A stretch of DNA of 64,000 nt, taken from positions 42,098,001 to 42,162,000 of the forward strand of contig NC_043002.1 of assembly GCF_006345805.1 (NCBI RefSeq). The letters run 5' to 3'. Positions 36,990-49,934 of this stretch are shown here, piece by piece; position 1 is the stretch's first letter, and each line of letters starts with the position of its first letter. Source of the stretch: Octopus sinensis (Eukaryota). Both the position numbers and the translations under genes were made by a program. The notes below the pieces were generated by a model. The model searched no databases, was not told the origin of the DNA, and saw nothing but the letters and a program-made list of their open reading frames with translations.

Positions 36990-38487
36990 GTTCTTGATAG
37001 GTTTCGGCCATTATTGGCCCAGGCCATGTCTAACTTAATAGCACCACCTGGTGAAGTCTTTCAAGTCAGAATTTGGGCACTATGGCCCACTCAAGTAGAG
37101 AGTTATTGTTTACAGAGACATATCCGGGTGTAGGGGGTTTATCCGGATTTCTTGAAGGAATCTGTCCAAAGACTTCTTGAACCCTATAGGGTCAGTTTCT
37201 GTTTTAATGCGTTTTGGTGTAATGTTAAGAGAGCGGGGGGCCAATTGAGGTGAAATAATTGTGCCGTATTGTTGTTATGAGATGAGAGAGTGCGATTGTT
37301 TTGGGCGGATGGCACGGGGCCCAAGCCTGGATGTACCTTAAGGTGATGCCAACATCATTTGGGCAATGCTGATGGAATATTTTCCACATCATGCAGATGA
37401 TGTAGCGCTCACGACGACGTTGGAGAGAATAGAGTTTTAGCTTTTCTAGTCGACCCCAATAGTCGAGGCCTGTCATGCCATCTATCTTTTTTGTGATTGC
37501 CCTTTGAGGTGCTTCGACTTTTATGATACCTTGTATTGTGGGGGAGGACCACAGTGGACAACAGTATTCAAGGTGGGGTCGGGCAAAAGTGGAGAAGAGA
37601 GATAAATGGTGTGGATATCTCTCGACTGGAAATGTCTGAGAATCCAGGAACACATTCTGCGGGCCATGTCAACTTTGGTGTTTATATGAGTGGCCCAGCT
37701 TACGTTGTTGTCCACAATTACTCCCAAGTCTCTGATGTTGTTGGACGCCGTGAGAGTTCACCTGAAGGAAGGGAGTATGGGAGTTTCAGGGCATCCTCTT
37801 TTCCAAAGTGGATTAGCTCAAATTTATCCTCGTTCAGCAGCATATTTTTTTTGCCCATTGGATAACAGCCAGTAGATCTGACTGAAGGCATGTCCGGTCA
37901 CGCCTCATTTATGACCTTCTGTAGCTTGGAGTCATCTGCAAAGATTTTTATGTTGCTGTGCTGATGATGTCATTAATGTCATTAATGTAAATGATGAAAA
38001 GAAGTGGGCCCAGCACAGTGCCTTGCGGAACGCCACTACTGACTTTGGCTGGGCTTGATTTTACCCCTTCAACTACAACATGTTGAGATCTGTCTGTCAG
38101 GAAACACTTAATCCATTTCAGTAACTTTCCAGAGGACACCAATGTTGGATAGTTTTTTCAATAGGATCTTGTGATCGACCCTGTCGAAGGCCTTACTGAA
38201 ATCAAGGTAGATGACATCGGTGTTGGAGCCCTCTCCCAAAGCTCTCAAAATGTCCTCAAAGTGATGCAGGAGCTGCGTTAGGCAGTCCCTTCCATTACGG
38301 AACCCATGTTGGTTGGAGATCAGCCGTCTGTTGCTTTCCAGAAATTGGGTTATTTGAGATCTCACCACCCTCTCAAATACCTTGATGATATGAGAGGTGA
38401 GTGAGATCGGACGGTAATTCACTGCAAGGGACTTGTTTCCCTTTTTGAAAACTGGGACAACAGACTGGGACAGAAGGTTTTTTGGAA
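36990..38487 (-). mobile_element. CR1-type LINE, 5'-truncated, with RT domain to 3' tail
   Basis: PVFKKGNKSLAVNYRPISLTS..NQHGFRNGRDCLTQL..YLDFSKAFDRVDH..SGVPQGTVLGPLLFIIYIND..KIFADDSKL..RPHLEYCCPLWS..LYSLQRRRERY. Several frameshifts. Confidence 0.95.
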
Positions 38488-38645
38488 TATATGTATGTAT
38501 ATATATATATGATATATATATCATATATCATATATATATATGAATTTAAAGTGGTGTATAGTAGACATATGTATGTATGTACGCTACATGTATATATATA
38601 TGTATATATATATGTATATATATACATATATATATAATATATATA

Positions 38646-38685
<40 letters not shown>

Positions 38686-39331
38686 GTATGTATGTATTTA
38701 TGTATGTATATATGTGCGTGTCTGTGTGTGAGTGTTTCTGCGATAGACAGTAGAAAAGCCACCTACCTCCACTCTCCTTAAAGCTACGTATTCGTTATAC
38801 CCACCTTTCTTTCCCTTCCTCGGCGTTTTAAAGTGACTTTTGTGCATGTGTGTGTGTGCATGCATCTATGTATTTACGAAAGTATGTATGCAGCGTCGTG
38901 TGTATATGACAGCTGTATCAATCTTACCATCCCACTGCCACTCCATATTTGTCGCTTACGCAACGCTGTTCCCCACTTTCTTGATATCAGCCACACTCAC
39001 TGTGCCACCACGTTTCCCTCACACTAGCACTCTTTTGCACCCTTCTCATTTTATCCTATAATAGCCCAACCCCACTAGAGGGCCTATTATTGAATTTTAT
39101 TGAAATCCAGTTAGCTTATAATTGAACTGGATTAATTTAACATGTATGTAAAGTTTTCTGAAGGTTGGCTCACTGGTGTAGGCAGCAAGATAGAAACAAA
39201 CAGAAAGATAGAAATTGCCATCTATGCATAAGACATATATATATATATATATACATACATATGTATGTATATATATATATATATACATACATACACATAC
39301 ACACATATATATTATACATACATATATATAC

Positions 39332-39435
<104 letters not shown>

Positions 39436-39439
39436 TTTA

Positions 39440-40135
39440 CATCTGCCACCGATTGTCAACCAGTGATGTTGTTTTTATGTTCTCGTAACTTACCGGTTCG
39501 ATAGAATAAGTATCATGCTTTAAAATAAGTACTGGGATCGTTTCGTTTGACTAAAATTCCTAAAGGCGGTGTCCCAGCATGGCTGCAGTGTAATTACTGA
39601 AATAATTAAAAGTACAAACGAATTCCTAGACGTGTTTTATGTTGTTCTTTAATTTCCACTGAAAGTTGCTATCTTTTATTTGTTTCAGTCATTGGATTGC
39701 AGTCACACTGATGCGCCGCCTTAAAGGGTTTAGTTGAATAAATCGACCCCAGTACTCATTCTTTAAGCTTCGTTTTCCTTCAATCGGTCTCCTTTGCTGT
39801 AATGCCAAGCTACATGGACGCAAATAAACCAATACCGGTTGTCGATCGATGATGGGTAACAAACATTACACAAAGAGATACAGTACACACATAGACATAT
39901 GCTTGCATACACACACATACATGCACATACACACATGCATACATATTTCCACAGACAGGCTCAAACGCACACACACATTCACTTGTACACGCACATATAC
40001 GACGAGTCTTTTTCAGTTTCCGGCTACCAAATTCATTCACACGGTGTTGGTCGGTCCAGAATTGTAATTGAAGACTGAACCCGGAACCATGTAGTTGGGA
40101 AGCAAGTTTCTTACTACGCAGCCACGCATGCGCCC
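39440..40135. mobile_element. Two SINE family B copies tail-to-tail (+ 39440-39612, - 39670-40135)
   Basis: Tails AAGGCGGTGTCCCAGCATGGCTGCAG..ACTGAAA and its reverse complement lie about 60 bp apart. Confidence 0.75.
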
Positions 40136-40145
40136 ACATTTATAT

Positions 40146-40176
<31 letters not shown>

Positions 40177-40735
40177 TTATATACTCACACATTTTGTTTT
40201 TACTTAATATTTCTCGCCAGTTTTAAAATGTTTCTCTCGAACGTTTTGAACAGCATATTACTAAGTGGGCCTAAAGCCAAATTTAGAATCTTTTAGAGAA
40301 ATTATTAGTACTAGTATAAATTGAAGGAAAGTGTCCAACTATCAGTTAATTAATATATATATAGGTGCGTGAATGTTTCTGTTTGTGTATGTTAATGTGT
40401 GTGGGTGTGTGCGTGTATGAGTGTGTGTGTGTGTGTAAATAAGCACACCCTTATACGCGAACTCACACGAACAATTCATTTTCTCCCATCCATCTGTATA
40501 CATCTCACCTTAATCATATGAACACCGTATGCGAGCCATGTCACAAGAATGAATAACATGAAAATGTGATTACAGTTTTAATTTGCGTCGCAGAAAGAGC
40601 GTGGAACGGGAGGAGGAGGAGGAGGAGGAGGAGGAGAATTAGACGACTGAAGCAAAGCGGGAGAATGAGAGAAAGAGGATAAGCGGGGGAATCTATATAA
40701 TGTTCCTCATAAAAAATATGATGAAGATGACGACG

Positions 40736-40793
<58 letters not shown>

Positions 40794-40866
40794 TGATAAT
40801 AATAATAATAGAAGAAAAATAAAAGAAAGAGAGAAAGCAAAATATAAACGAAATAAACTCCCCTAA

Positions 40867-40989
40867 CTAGAGGGTCGTTGTCACCATGCCAGAAGTGTCC
40901 ATTTCTAGTGACCACTGTATATGTGATGAGCGGTGGATGGGTAAGGGAGTGTCAAGTTGCTGAAATATAGCCAAAGCAGCGGCAACTCG
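40867..40989 (-). CDS. Candidate terminal exon of an unidentified host gene
   Basis: Pyrimidine-rich tract ending TTCCGTCCAG|CGA. Phase 0 reads RVAAALAIFQQLDTPLPIHRSSHIQWSLEMDTSGMVTTTL*. Unique sequence, no homologue recognised. Confidence 0.25.
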   Translation of the reverse strand, partial: RVAAALAIFQQLDTPLPIHRSSHIQWSLEMDTSGMVTTTL

Positions 40990-42171
40990 CTGGACGGAAT
41001 ACACGGGAGAAGCAAAACGAAACAAAGCCACAAAACACAGAACACACGCACATACTTCTATAAACACACACACAAAAAAAAAAAATAGAAAAAAAGAGAG
41101 AAAAAGAGAGGACAGAAAGCAAATGTTTCACTCAATATTGGTTGACAGCCAATAGTACACAGAACAGTCTGAATACAACAACTGGTCGCCGTCGCCATTA
41201 TCATTGCCAGCGAGTTGCCGCCATTACGTTGCTCACTCTGAAGAACGACATTTTCAATGGCAGCTTTCAGGTATTTTTTTTCTAACGCACACACTCTCTT
41301 TCTCTTTTCTCTCTCTCTTCCTCTCTCTGTCTGTCTCTGTCTGTTTCTCTCTTTCCTTCTTTCTCTCACTATATATCTCTCTCTCTCTCTCTCTTTTATT
41401 TCACCTCTTTCTCTCCCCTTCTCTCTCTTGTAGCATCTGTACGTCTATCCTTCATTCTTTTAGCTTATCAATGAAACCAGTGAAGGGCCCTGTATTTATG
41501 ATCGATAGAAATATCACCAAATATTCCTTAAATATTCTACAATCTTAAAAGAAAAAAGACCAGGGCATATTGGATAATGTAGTCTTAGACATACTATGTT
41601 TTAAAAGAAAAAAAGCAAAAGCAGGATGATCACTACAAGAAAGGCATCGATAATAGGTTTGCTCTATCAGAGCTGTAGTGGGAACTAAACAAAAACATCT
41701 TTATTCACAGTGAGTCAATCATTCATGGTCTAGACACCTTACTCGCCATTTCGCCATGTTTCATTTATTCGCTATCGTAGTAGAGTTATGACAGCCATTT
41801 AAAACGAACATATAATACTGTTATATTGTGACATTCATAAGTTTGGACAACTTTGTATGCCGTAGAGAAAAGAAGAATTTAACGTTTCTTGACTAACTCT
41901 TGTCTGGGAGAAAATAAATTTTTCAGTTAAGTGGTTTAGTACTATATAGGCCACGCAATTGAAATTATTTATAAAATACAGCCATAACAATTTCTTTTCT
42001 TTATCCCAGACGAGGTGTCACTTCCAAAGCGGCAGGCTTTTCCAATATTCCCAGCATATAAACTTATCCAAATTCAAGAACTGTTAACACACATCACGAT
42101 AAATTTTCTCTGTTTCTATAGTTGCTTTATATTTATGCTGTATTAAAGCGGCGAATTGGTATAGTTCTTAA

Positions 42172-42426
42172 CCCTTTTGCAGCAGAAATCAGGTATAGCC
42201 ACTCAAAGTTTCTCTACCTTTTGGTTATAGAAAGCAGTTGAAGAATGTCATGATTAAAAGAATTTTCTGTTGAGATATGTCAAGTTTATTGAGGCAACGT
42301 GACTTGCTGAAAATACCAATTCTATTTTTCTTTTCTTTCTTTGGTAGATATTTCAAGGTTATTCCAATAGTGATGTTAAGCATCATTACTGGAATAACTT
42401 TGAAATATAATTTCCCAGTGGAGGGA
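42172..42426. mobile_element. piggyBac-like MITE inserted in a decayed SINE A
   Basis: TTAA|CCCTTTTGC...GGAGGGA|TTAA. SINE A head lies to the left (gcggcgaattgg) and its B box to the right (gagttcaaatcc). Internal 29-bp hairpin at 42348-42408. Confidence 0.55.
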
Positions 42427-42781
42427 TTAAGGTACCGGATAGGTATTCCTCGTGATATTTGTTCTTAACTATCTGTGCTCGGAGTTCAAATCCTGCTGAC
42501 GTCAACTTTGTCATTTATTTCTCTAGAGCTCGATGAAAAAAGTTCCCGCACAGGACGGTATTGGATCGCCAGTGTCAGATAAGGAAGAAGATTCATAGAA
42601 TATACATATTTTTTTTCTTATTACGAATGTCTTAAAATCTTTTCTTTTGGGTAATCATGCATAACACTCTTTTTAGAAATCAACAGCATGGCGTAACTCG
42701 AGATATGTAAATTAAGCATTTTATGAAGCTAGACATTTCTTATGGACAGAAAATACTTACACTCTTGAAGAAACATATACA

Positions 42782-43112
42782 GACGTAGGCGGAATTGTGT
42801 GGTAAGAAGTTTGCTTCCCAATCACATAGTTCTGGTTCAATCCCACTGCGTGGCACCGCACCTACGACAAATGTCTTGTATAGTCTCGGGCCGACCAAAG
42901 CCTTGTGAGTGCATTTGGTAGACGGAAAATGTGAGTGTGTGTCTTTGTGTCTGTGTTCGAGTTTCCATCGCCGTTTGACAACCGGAATTGGTGCGGTTAC
43001 GTTCTTGTAACTTAGCGCTTCGTCAAAAGAGATCGATGAATTCAGCACCAGGTTTTAAAAAATAATAAGTATTGGGGTCGACCCATTCGGTTAAAAATTC
43101 TACAAGGCGGTG
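42782..43112 (+). mobile_element. SINE family B
   Basis: Family B head and body. Confidence 0.85.
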
Positions 43113-43179
43113 TATATCCTACGATATCCCTTGAGGCCAAGTTTTTAATTCATAATCTGGGATGAGGTGAACATTACGT

Positions 43180-43410
43180 TATTTCTTTATTGCCCACAAG
43201 GGGCTAAACATAGAGAGAACAAACAAGGACAGACAAACGGATTAAGTCGATTATATCGATCCCAGTGCGTAAATGGTACTTAATTTATCGACCCAGAAAG
43301 GATGAAAGGCAAAGTCGACCTCGGCGGAATTTGAACTCAGAACGTAACGGCAGACGAAATACCGCTAAGCATTTCGCCAGGCGTGCTAACGTTTCTGCCA
43401 ACTCGCCGCC
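43180..43410 (-). mobile_element. SINE family A, full length
   Basis: Near-identical to 3463-3698. Confidence 0.9.
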
Positions 43411-44091
43411 TTTTGAAGAAGTAAAAAATATGAGCCCTAGCCAAGAACTACGGACTTGGAGTGTGTTCAAATCCCCTAATTATAGAATTTTTTTAAAAAA
43501 AAGGAAGAAAAAAAACTCTGCTTATACACGAATATAAATGTCATGTTTTGGATTTGCCACGATGCGCTTGTTTCGCTTTCAACGCCCGATCTCAGAATTA
43601 CTTGTCATACAAGTACAACTCTGAAATTATTTTCCTTATTTTTTTTCTTTTCTTCTTTTATATTCTTATATTCTTAGATGACTTTCCCTATTATGTTATT
43701 TTTTACTTCCCATCCCCATTCTTTCTCATTCGCTAGCATACTCGTTCGTTAACTTTCACACATCTTTCAATAGATAATCTTATCATTTCCCCCCCATTCA
43801 TTCAAAATCTCCACTACCAACGCTTATATCTTACGAATATGTTTAGTTTTTTTTCCTTTATGAACTCAAGTTAGAGCCTTTACGAAGTCACCCGACATGT
43901 TAAAAATAGCAGCAAAATGTCACTGAACAAATATTTTTGTTGTTTTTGTAAAATCTCAGAAAATAATTAAAAATTCACATTTTTTATCCTACTGTCTTAA
44001 AAAAGGTAAGAGTAGACAAGCTGGACAATATAGTCTTGAATATAACAACAACACACACAGACACACAGACACAGACACACACACAGACACA

Positions 44092-44142
<51 letters not shown>

Positions 44143-44328
44143 CACACACACACACAAAACAAAGTTTATTGCTGGATTGTGTTTAATTATAGCCCTGCTC
44201 GATCCGAGTCTAAACAGCAATACAACTTTATTTATTTATTTATCATTCGTTTGCACGCTCATTCAAATTCTTGACCCATCAAACGATAATTTCTTCACTT
44301 TTGCTTGCTGCATAAGTAGTAGTTGTTT

Positions 44329-44382
<54 letters not shown>

Positions 44383-45369
44383 CCCCTTCCTTCCTTCCTT
44401 CCTTCCTTCCTTTCTTCCTTTCTTTCTTTCTTCCTTTCTTTCTTTCTAAGAAACTCTTTTTATAAACATTTCAGTTTGCCAAAACTAACTCATTCACCTC
44501 ACTCCCCAATTCCAACACTCATTCCAACACTCACGCAACCAATCACACACTCACCTATTACCCTCACTCACTCACTCACTCATTCATTCATTCACTTAAA
44601 TCACCACTATTCATATTGCCATTTTCTGTTCTCCTTGAAAAATTTCGCCATAAACAAAATCCAAAGATTAATGGTAAACGAAGATCAAACGACAAAGCTA
44701 AACCAAAGGCAAATAAAGATCAAGCTTCTCATTTAGCCTGTCATTTGACATTGAAAGATTAATTATCTCCCCTCCTGCTTTGACAGTCACAATTGTCACT
44801 AGGTTATTTTTTCCAATAAGTTGAGAAATGTCATTCAATTCATAAGTTCTTACTTACGGCATTCAGTACATTATCCCTTAACTTATTAAAATACAAGCCA
44901 CTAATTGAGATATTTCCCTTACTTCCTTTTGTTTTTATTATCAACATTCGCTCTTATAGTTACTGAAAGATTCACTCTCTCATTCATGCAATCGCTCAGA
45001 TACTCAGCATTTTTCTATAGCTATCTGGCTATCTTTTTTTTTTCATTTACATTGCGAAAATACCCTCTTCAAACATTTATTTTTACAATCTTAACTCATT
45101 TTCTCACTCATATGCAATCACTAAAATACTCAGTCAGTGAAACACTCTCTTACTCATGAATCACTGGAACACACTCACTCTGTCACATACTTAGTTTTTA
45201 TATCGTCATATTTTCTCTACAAGCATTTATTTTTATTATATCCATTCATTCATTCATTCACCTTTCACTCAAGCAATCGCTCAAAGAATCACACACCCAC
45301 TCACTCGTACTAATACTCAAACCTCACTTGTTCATTTACTCACTCAAATATTCCATATTCATATTTAAA

Positions 45370-45745
45370 ATGTGGCTGTGTGGTAAGAAGCTTGCTTCTC
45401 AACTATGGTTGAGTTCAGTTCTACTACGTGGCACCTTGGGCAAGTGTCTTCTACTATAGCCTCGGGGCGACCAAAGCCTTCTGAGTGGACTTGGTAGACG
45501 GAAACTGAAAAAGTCCATCGTATATATATTTGTATTTGTGTGCGTATGTCTGCGTTTGCCCCCCCCCCACACACACACACACATCGCTTGACAACTAATG
45601 CTGGTGTGTTTATGTCTTCGTAACATAGCGGTTCGGCAAAAGAGACCGATAGAATAAGTATAGGCTTACAAAGTCCTGGAGTCGATTTGTTCGACTAAAG
45701 GCGGTGCTCCAGCATGGCCGCAGTCAAATGACTGAAACAAGTAAA
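45370..45745 (+). mobile_element. SINE family B
   Basis: High similarity to 4155-4543. Confidence 0.9.
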
Positions 45746-45977
45746 TAACTGAAATAACTGAACGACCATTGCTATCTCCCTAATTCACTTTGATACCCTC
45801 ACTCACTCACTCACTCACTCACACATTTATTTCATACACCACTATATTCACTCATTCAAACCCTAAGCATTCACTCACTGTCTCTCTTAAATCCCGCTGG
45901 CGTCAACTTTCATTCTTACAGGGTCGATAGAATAAAGTATCCGTCAGCTACTTAGATTAAATTATATATTCCTCTAA

Positions 45978-46125
45978 TACGTTCAGAGTTCAAATTCCGA
46001 CGAGGTCGACTTTGCCTTTCATTCCTTCGGGGTCGATAAATGATGTACCAATTGCGTATTGGGGTCGATTTAATCGACTGCCCCGCTCCCCCAAAATTTC
46101 GGGCCTTGTGCCTAGAATAGAAAAT
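45978..46125 (+). mobile_element. SINE family A, 5'-truncated
   Basis: B box plus central domain plus ccccaaaatttcgggccttgtgcctag tail. Confidence 0.85.
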
Positions 46126-46529
46126 ATATATATTCCTCAAATGCAATCTCAGGTATGAATGGAATTATAATAGATGAAGAAGAGGGGGAAGAAGAAGAAA
46201 GGAAAGGAGAAGAAAAAAGAGAAAAGAAAACTCGTCGTTTCTTTCACTCACTGCTCCTTCATCCGTCTTCATTGCTTAATCAGTCATCACTCATTTTCAA
46301 ACATTCACTACTCCATCACCCCTTTACTCCTTCGTTGTTATTCACTCATTCAGTTAGACTCATTCAACTAACTCAATCTCTCTCTCGCTTTCTTTCTTCC
46401 ACTCTCTCATACATATTTACTTACTCACTCACACGTTCACCCGATTCGTTCTCTTATTCAGTTGATCGTTCACCTACTCCCCCACATCATCATGTTTTAT
46501 CTATTTCAGTCACTTCCTTGTTTTAATTA

Positions 46530-46790
46530 GGTGCTCTACCGCCCACCTTTAATAGGATAATACAATCAGTTTTCTTCTCTCTGGTGCTTGCGACGAAAGA
46601 GTTTGTAAATTAGACATGGCTCAGAGGTCTAAGGACAAATATCTTCCTGAAAAAAAGGTCAATAAATGCTGTTGAAGTTGAACTTGAATGGGCCCTCATC
46701 GACTTTCTCGAGTTCTACTTGGGTAGGAAGGTGACTGTGGAGATGGAAATGCTTTCCTCTCGTGAATATGTCAAAACGTGGGAGGAGGCA
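46530..46790 (+). pseudogene. L1/Tx1-like LINE ORF2 C-terminal relic
   Basis: LPPTFNR..VFFSLVLATKEFVN*TWLRGL..ALIDFLEFYLGRKVTVEMEMLSSREYVKTW resembles the Tx1 C-terminal K..IW..R...F..RW region. Confidence 0.5.
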
Positions 46791-47117
46791 TAGATGTGTG
46801 GTTAAGAAGCTCGTTTTATAACCATGTGGTTTCGGGTTCAGTTTCACTGCGCGGAACCCTGAGAAAGTGTCTTCTACTATAGCCCTGTCCGACCAATGCC
46901 ATGTGAGAAAATTTTGTAGACAGAATCTGTGTGGAAGCCTCTTCGTATAGATGATGATGATGATGACGATGACGACGACGACAATGATGACGATGATGAT
47001 GATGATGAATGCTTCGTCTTGTCAGATGATAATCGTCTCGCATAAGAAAAACAAAAAAGAAATAAAATGAAAAAGTGAAACGCCTGCACGTCATTGGATT
47101 TAACTGACAAATTCTCT

Positions 47118-47345
47118 TTTACTTTTTAGCTTACACTTGTTTCAGTCATTAGACTGCAGCCATGCTGGAGCACAACCTTGAAGAAATTTTAGTCGAATGA
47201 ATCGACCCCAGTACTTCTTTTTTTCCCTAGACGCTCGTACTTATTCTATTGGTATCTTTTGCTGAATCTTTAAGTTACGGTAACGTAGACACATCAACAC
47301 TGGTTGTCAAGCGGTGGTGGGGGATAAACATATATATAAACACAC
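47118..47345 (-). mobile_element. SINE family B, 3' half
   Basis: cttgtttcagtcattagactgcagccatgctggagcac. Confidence 0.8.
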
Positions 47346-47359
47346 ACATACACACAATC

Positions 47360-47417
<58 letters not shown>

Positions 47418-47552
47418 ATTAGAGGAAAAAGGACAACATAAATCAAGGCAGGACGAGTATCTCAAGTCATTTAGAATATTTAATTAGAGTAAGGTGAATT
47501 TGAAGTAATTGATTAATTAATTATTTAATTAACTAATCAATTAATTATAGGA

Positions 47553-47630
47553 TGCCTTACAGCTGTTTCTGGGATATCCTAAGTGATAGGTTAGCATCTC
47601 TATACACTGGGTATTCCGTCATCAGAGACA
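47553..47630 (-). ncRNA. Type I hammerhead ribozyme (left arm)
   Basis: Minus strand TGTCT-CTGATGA-CGGAATACCCAGTG...CACTTAGGATATCCCA-GAAA-CAGCTG-TA-AGGCA. GUA triplet, palindromic stem III, C-A mismatch at the base of stem II. Confidence 0.8.
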
Positions 47631-47861
47631 ATGTTATTATGTATGAAATTTATAGACAGAAAATTCACAGTTTATAAAGGAATAAAATAGTAGATAGAAG
47701 AATAAAGAGTAAAACAGTAGTCAGAAGAATACAGACAGGAGAATAAAGTTCAGAGGTCTTTATTCTCCTGTCTACCGTCTTACTCTTTATTCTTCTATCT
47801 ACTATTTTATTCCTTTATAAACTGTGAATTTTCTATCTAGAACTTTCATACATACTAACTT

Positions 47862-47939
47862 TGTCTCTCATGACGGTGTACCTAGTGTATAGAGATGCTA
47901 ACCAATCGCTTAGGATATCCCAGAAACAGCTGTAAGACA
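47862..47939 (+). ncRNA. Type I hammerhead motif (right arm, core mutated to CTCATGA)
   Basis: TGTCT-CTCATGA-CGG...CCA-GAAA-CAGCTG-TA-AGACA. The G5C change is expected to inactivate it. Confidence 0.7.
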
Positions 47940-48151
47940 CCCAATAATTTATTAACTAATTAATTAATTTATTTATTTATTACCTCAAGTTCACCTTACT
48001 CTACTTAAATATTCTAAATGACTTGAGATACTCGTCCTGCTTTGGTTTTCGTTGTCTTTTTCCCACTAATATTTTTCCTACTACGGATCCCTAGCTCCAG
48101 CCTCAGGTGTGAACTTGGAACCTAACGGATGACCAATTATAGCACTTACAC

Positions 48152-48320
48152 AGCGTTCTGCGTTCAAATTCCACCGAGGTTGACTTGCCTTTCATCCTTT
48201 CGGGGTCGATAAATTAAGTACCAGTTACGCACAAGGGTCGATGTAATCGACTTTATCCGTTTGTCTGTACTTGTTTGTCTCCTCTGTGTTTAGCCCCTTG
48301 TGGGCAATAAAGAAATAAGA
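48152..48320 (+). mobile_element. SINE family A, 5'-truncated
   Basis: Family A core and tail. Confidence 0.85.
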
Positions 48321-48369
48321 AACAGTTAAATCCCCAGTGAACTAAATCTCTCATATTCTAAATAACACA

Positions 48370-48416
<47 letters not shown>

Positions 48417-48585
48417 GTGTATGTGTGCGCGTTCGTGTGTGTGTTTGTCCCCCACCACCGATTGACAACTGGTGTTGGTGTGTTTATGTCCCTGTAACTT
48501 AGCTGTTCGACAAAGAATCCGATAGTACAAAGCGAAAATAAAAAAAGGAAAGAGTAAGTGCTGGGGACGATTTGTTCGACTAAGC

Positions 48586-48888
48586 CAATGGTTCCCAAAC
48601 TTTTTCGGGCTGCCGTCTTTTGACACCCAGGTTACATTCCTAGCACCTCCACCCCAAGTAACCATCACAAACGTAGACCTTTTTCTGAAGCAAATTCAAA
48701 GCAACTGTATTTCACAAATAAAACTTAACTTAATAAACCCATTATTTTGTTGTTTTTACATGAATCATTATCCCATTATTGCCCCACACTTTACCTGAAT
48801 TGCTACCCCATTATCGTCCCCTTTTCTTCAACGCCCCCTTGAAACTTTCCACTGCCCACAGAGGGGTAATGCCGTCCACTTTGAGAAC
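48586..48888. mobile_element. hAT-type MITE nested in a SINE B 3' half (48430-48952)
   Basis: Left TIR CAATGGTTCCCAAAC, eroded right end CTTTGAGAAC, ACTAAGC on both sides. The SINE resumes at CCCTTCAAGGTGGTGCTCCAG. Confidence 0.7.
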
Positions 48889-48969
48889 TAAGCCCTTCAA
48901 GGTGGTGCTCCAGTGTGGCCGCAGTCCAATGACTGAATGAAGTAAAAGATAAGATATATAGATAGATGG

Positions 48970-49210
48970 AGGGCAGCGAGCTGGCAGAAACGTTAGCACG
49001 CCGGGCGAAATGCGTAGCCGTATTTCGTCTACCATTACGTTCTGAGTTCAAATTCCGCCGAGGTCGACTTTGCCTTTCAGCCTTTCGGGGTCGATAAATT
49101 AAGTACCAGTAACGCACAAGGGTCGATGTAATCGACTTAATCCGTTTGTCTGTCCTCGTTTGTCTCCTCTATATTTAGTCCCTTGTGGGCAATAAAGAAA
49201 TAAGAAATAG
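48970..49210 (+). mobile_element. SINE family A, full length
   Basis: GGCAGCGAGCTGGCAGAAACGTTAGCACGCCGGGCGAAATGC..GAGTTCAAATTCC. Confidence 0.9.
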
Positions 49211-49897
49211 GTAAGATATATATATATATATGGGTCACTTAATTCTTCCGTTCTCATACTCTCTACCTTCCTCCCTCCCTTTCTCTCCTCCCCCTTCTTT
49301 CTCACTCACTCATTCATTCATTGTCTATCTTGTTCCCTAACTCACCCGTTCTCTCGCCATTCTCAACTCCATTCAGTATCATTCACACACTCGCGCGCCC
49401 ATTTATTCATTTTACTCACAACACACTTTATGCATTTCATTTTAATTTCATCTTATTATTCTTTGTATTGCATATAATTATTGAAACACAAGAAACTATT
49501 TATTCAAATGCCAATCCCCCTCCCTCTCTCTCTCTCTCTCTCTCCCCTGCGCCCTCGTTCTCGTCATCCCACTCATTTTACTCCTCACTTGCACGCACCC
49601 TCTATACCTCTGCCTTCCTACTTGCTTTCACTTTCACCATATCTTTTTAAGAACCTTCTGTCATTTAAAGCAGGCGTTGCATGAGATGTGACTCATCAAC
49701 AGGCGGGCCGCATTCCTAAAAACAAAACGTTCAAAGTAATTTATCGTTAACCATGTCATTCAGAAAATCCCGCAGACAGCAAGTTACTCCATGATTGCTT
49801 TTGAGCCAAACGAGGCCTGGTCTTCGAGGGTGCGACGCGGTCGCTCAACCTACTAGAAATAACAGTCAAATCTCTCTTAAATTTAAAAACAAAGATA

Positions 49898-49932
<35 letters not shown>

Positions 49933-49934
49933 GC

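Larger units (their letters stand above)
47416..48072. mobile_element. Long inverted repeat made of two hammerhead-bearing Penelope-like terminal repeats
   Basis: Arms 47416-47748 and 47758-48072 with a 9-nt spacer. Each arm contains one hammerhead motif. Confidence 0.85.
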
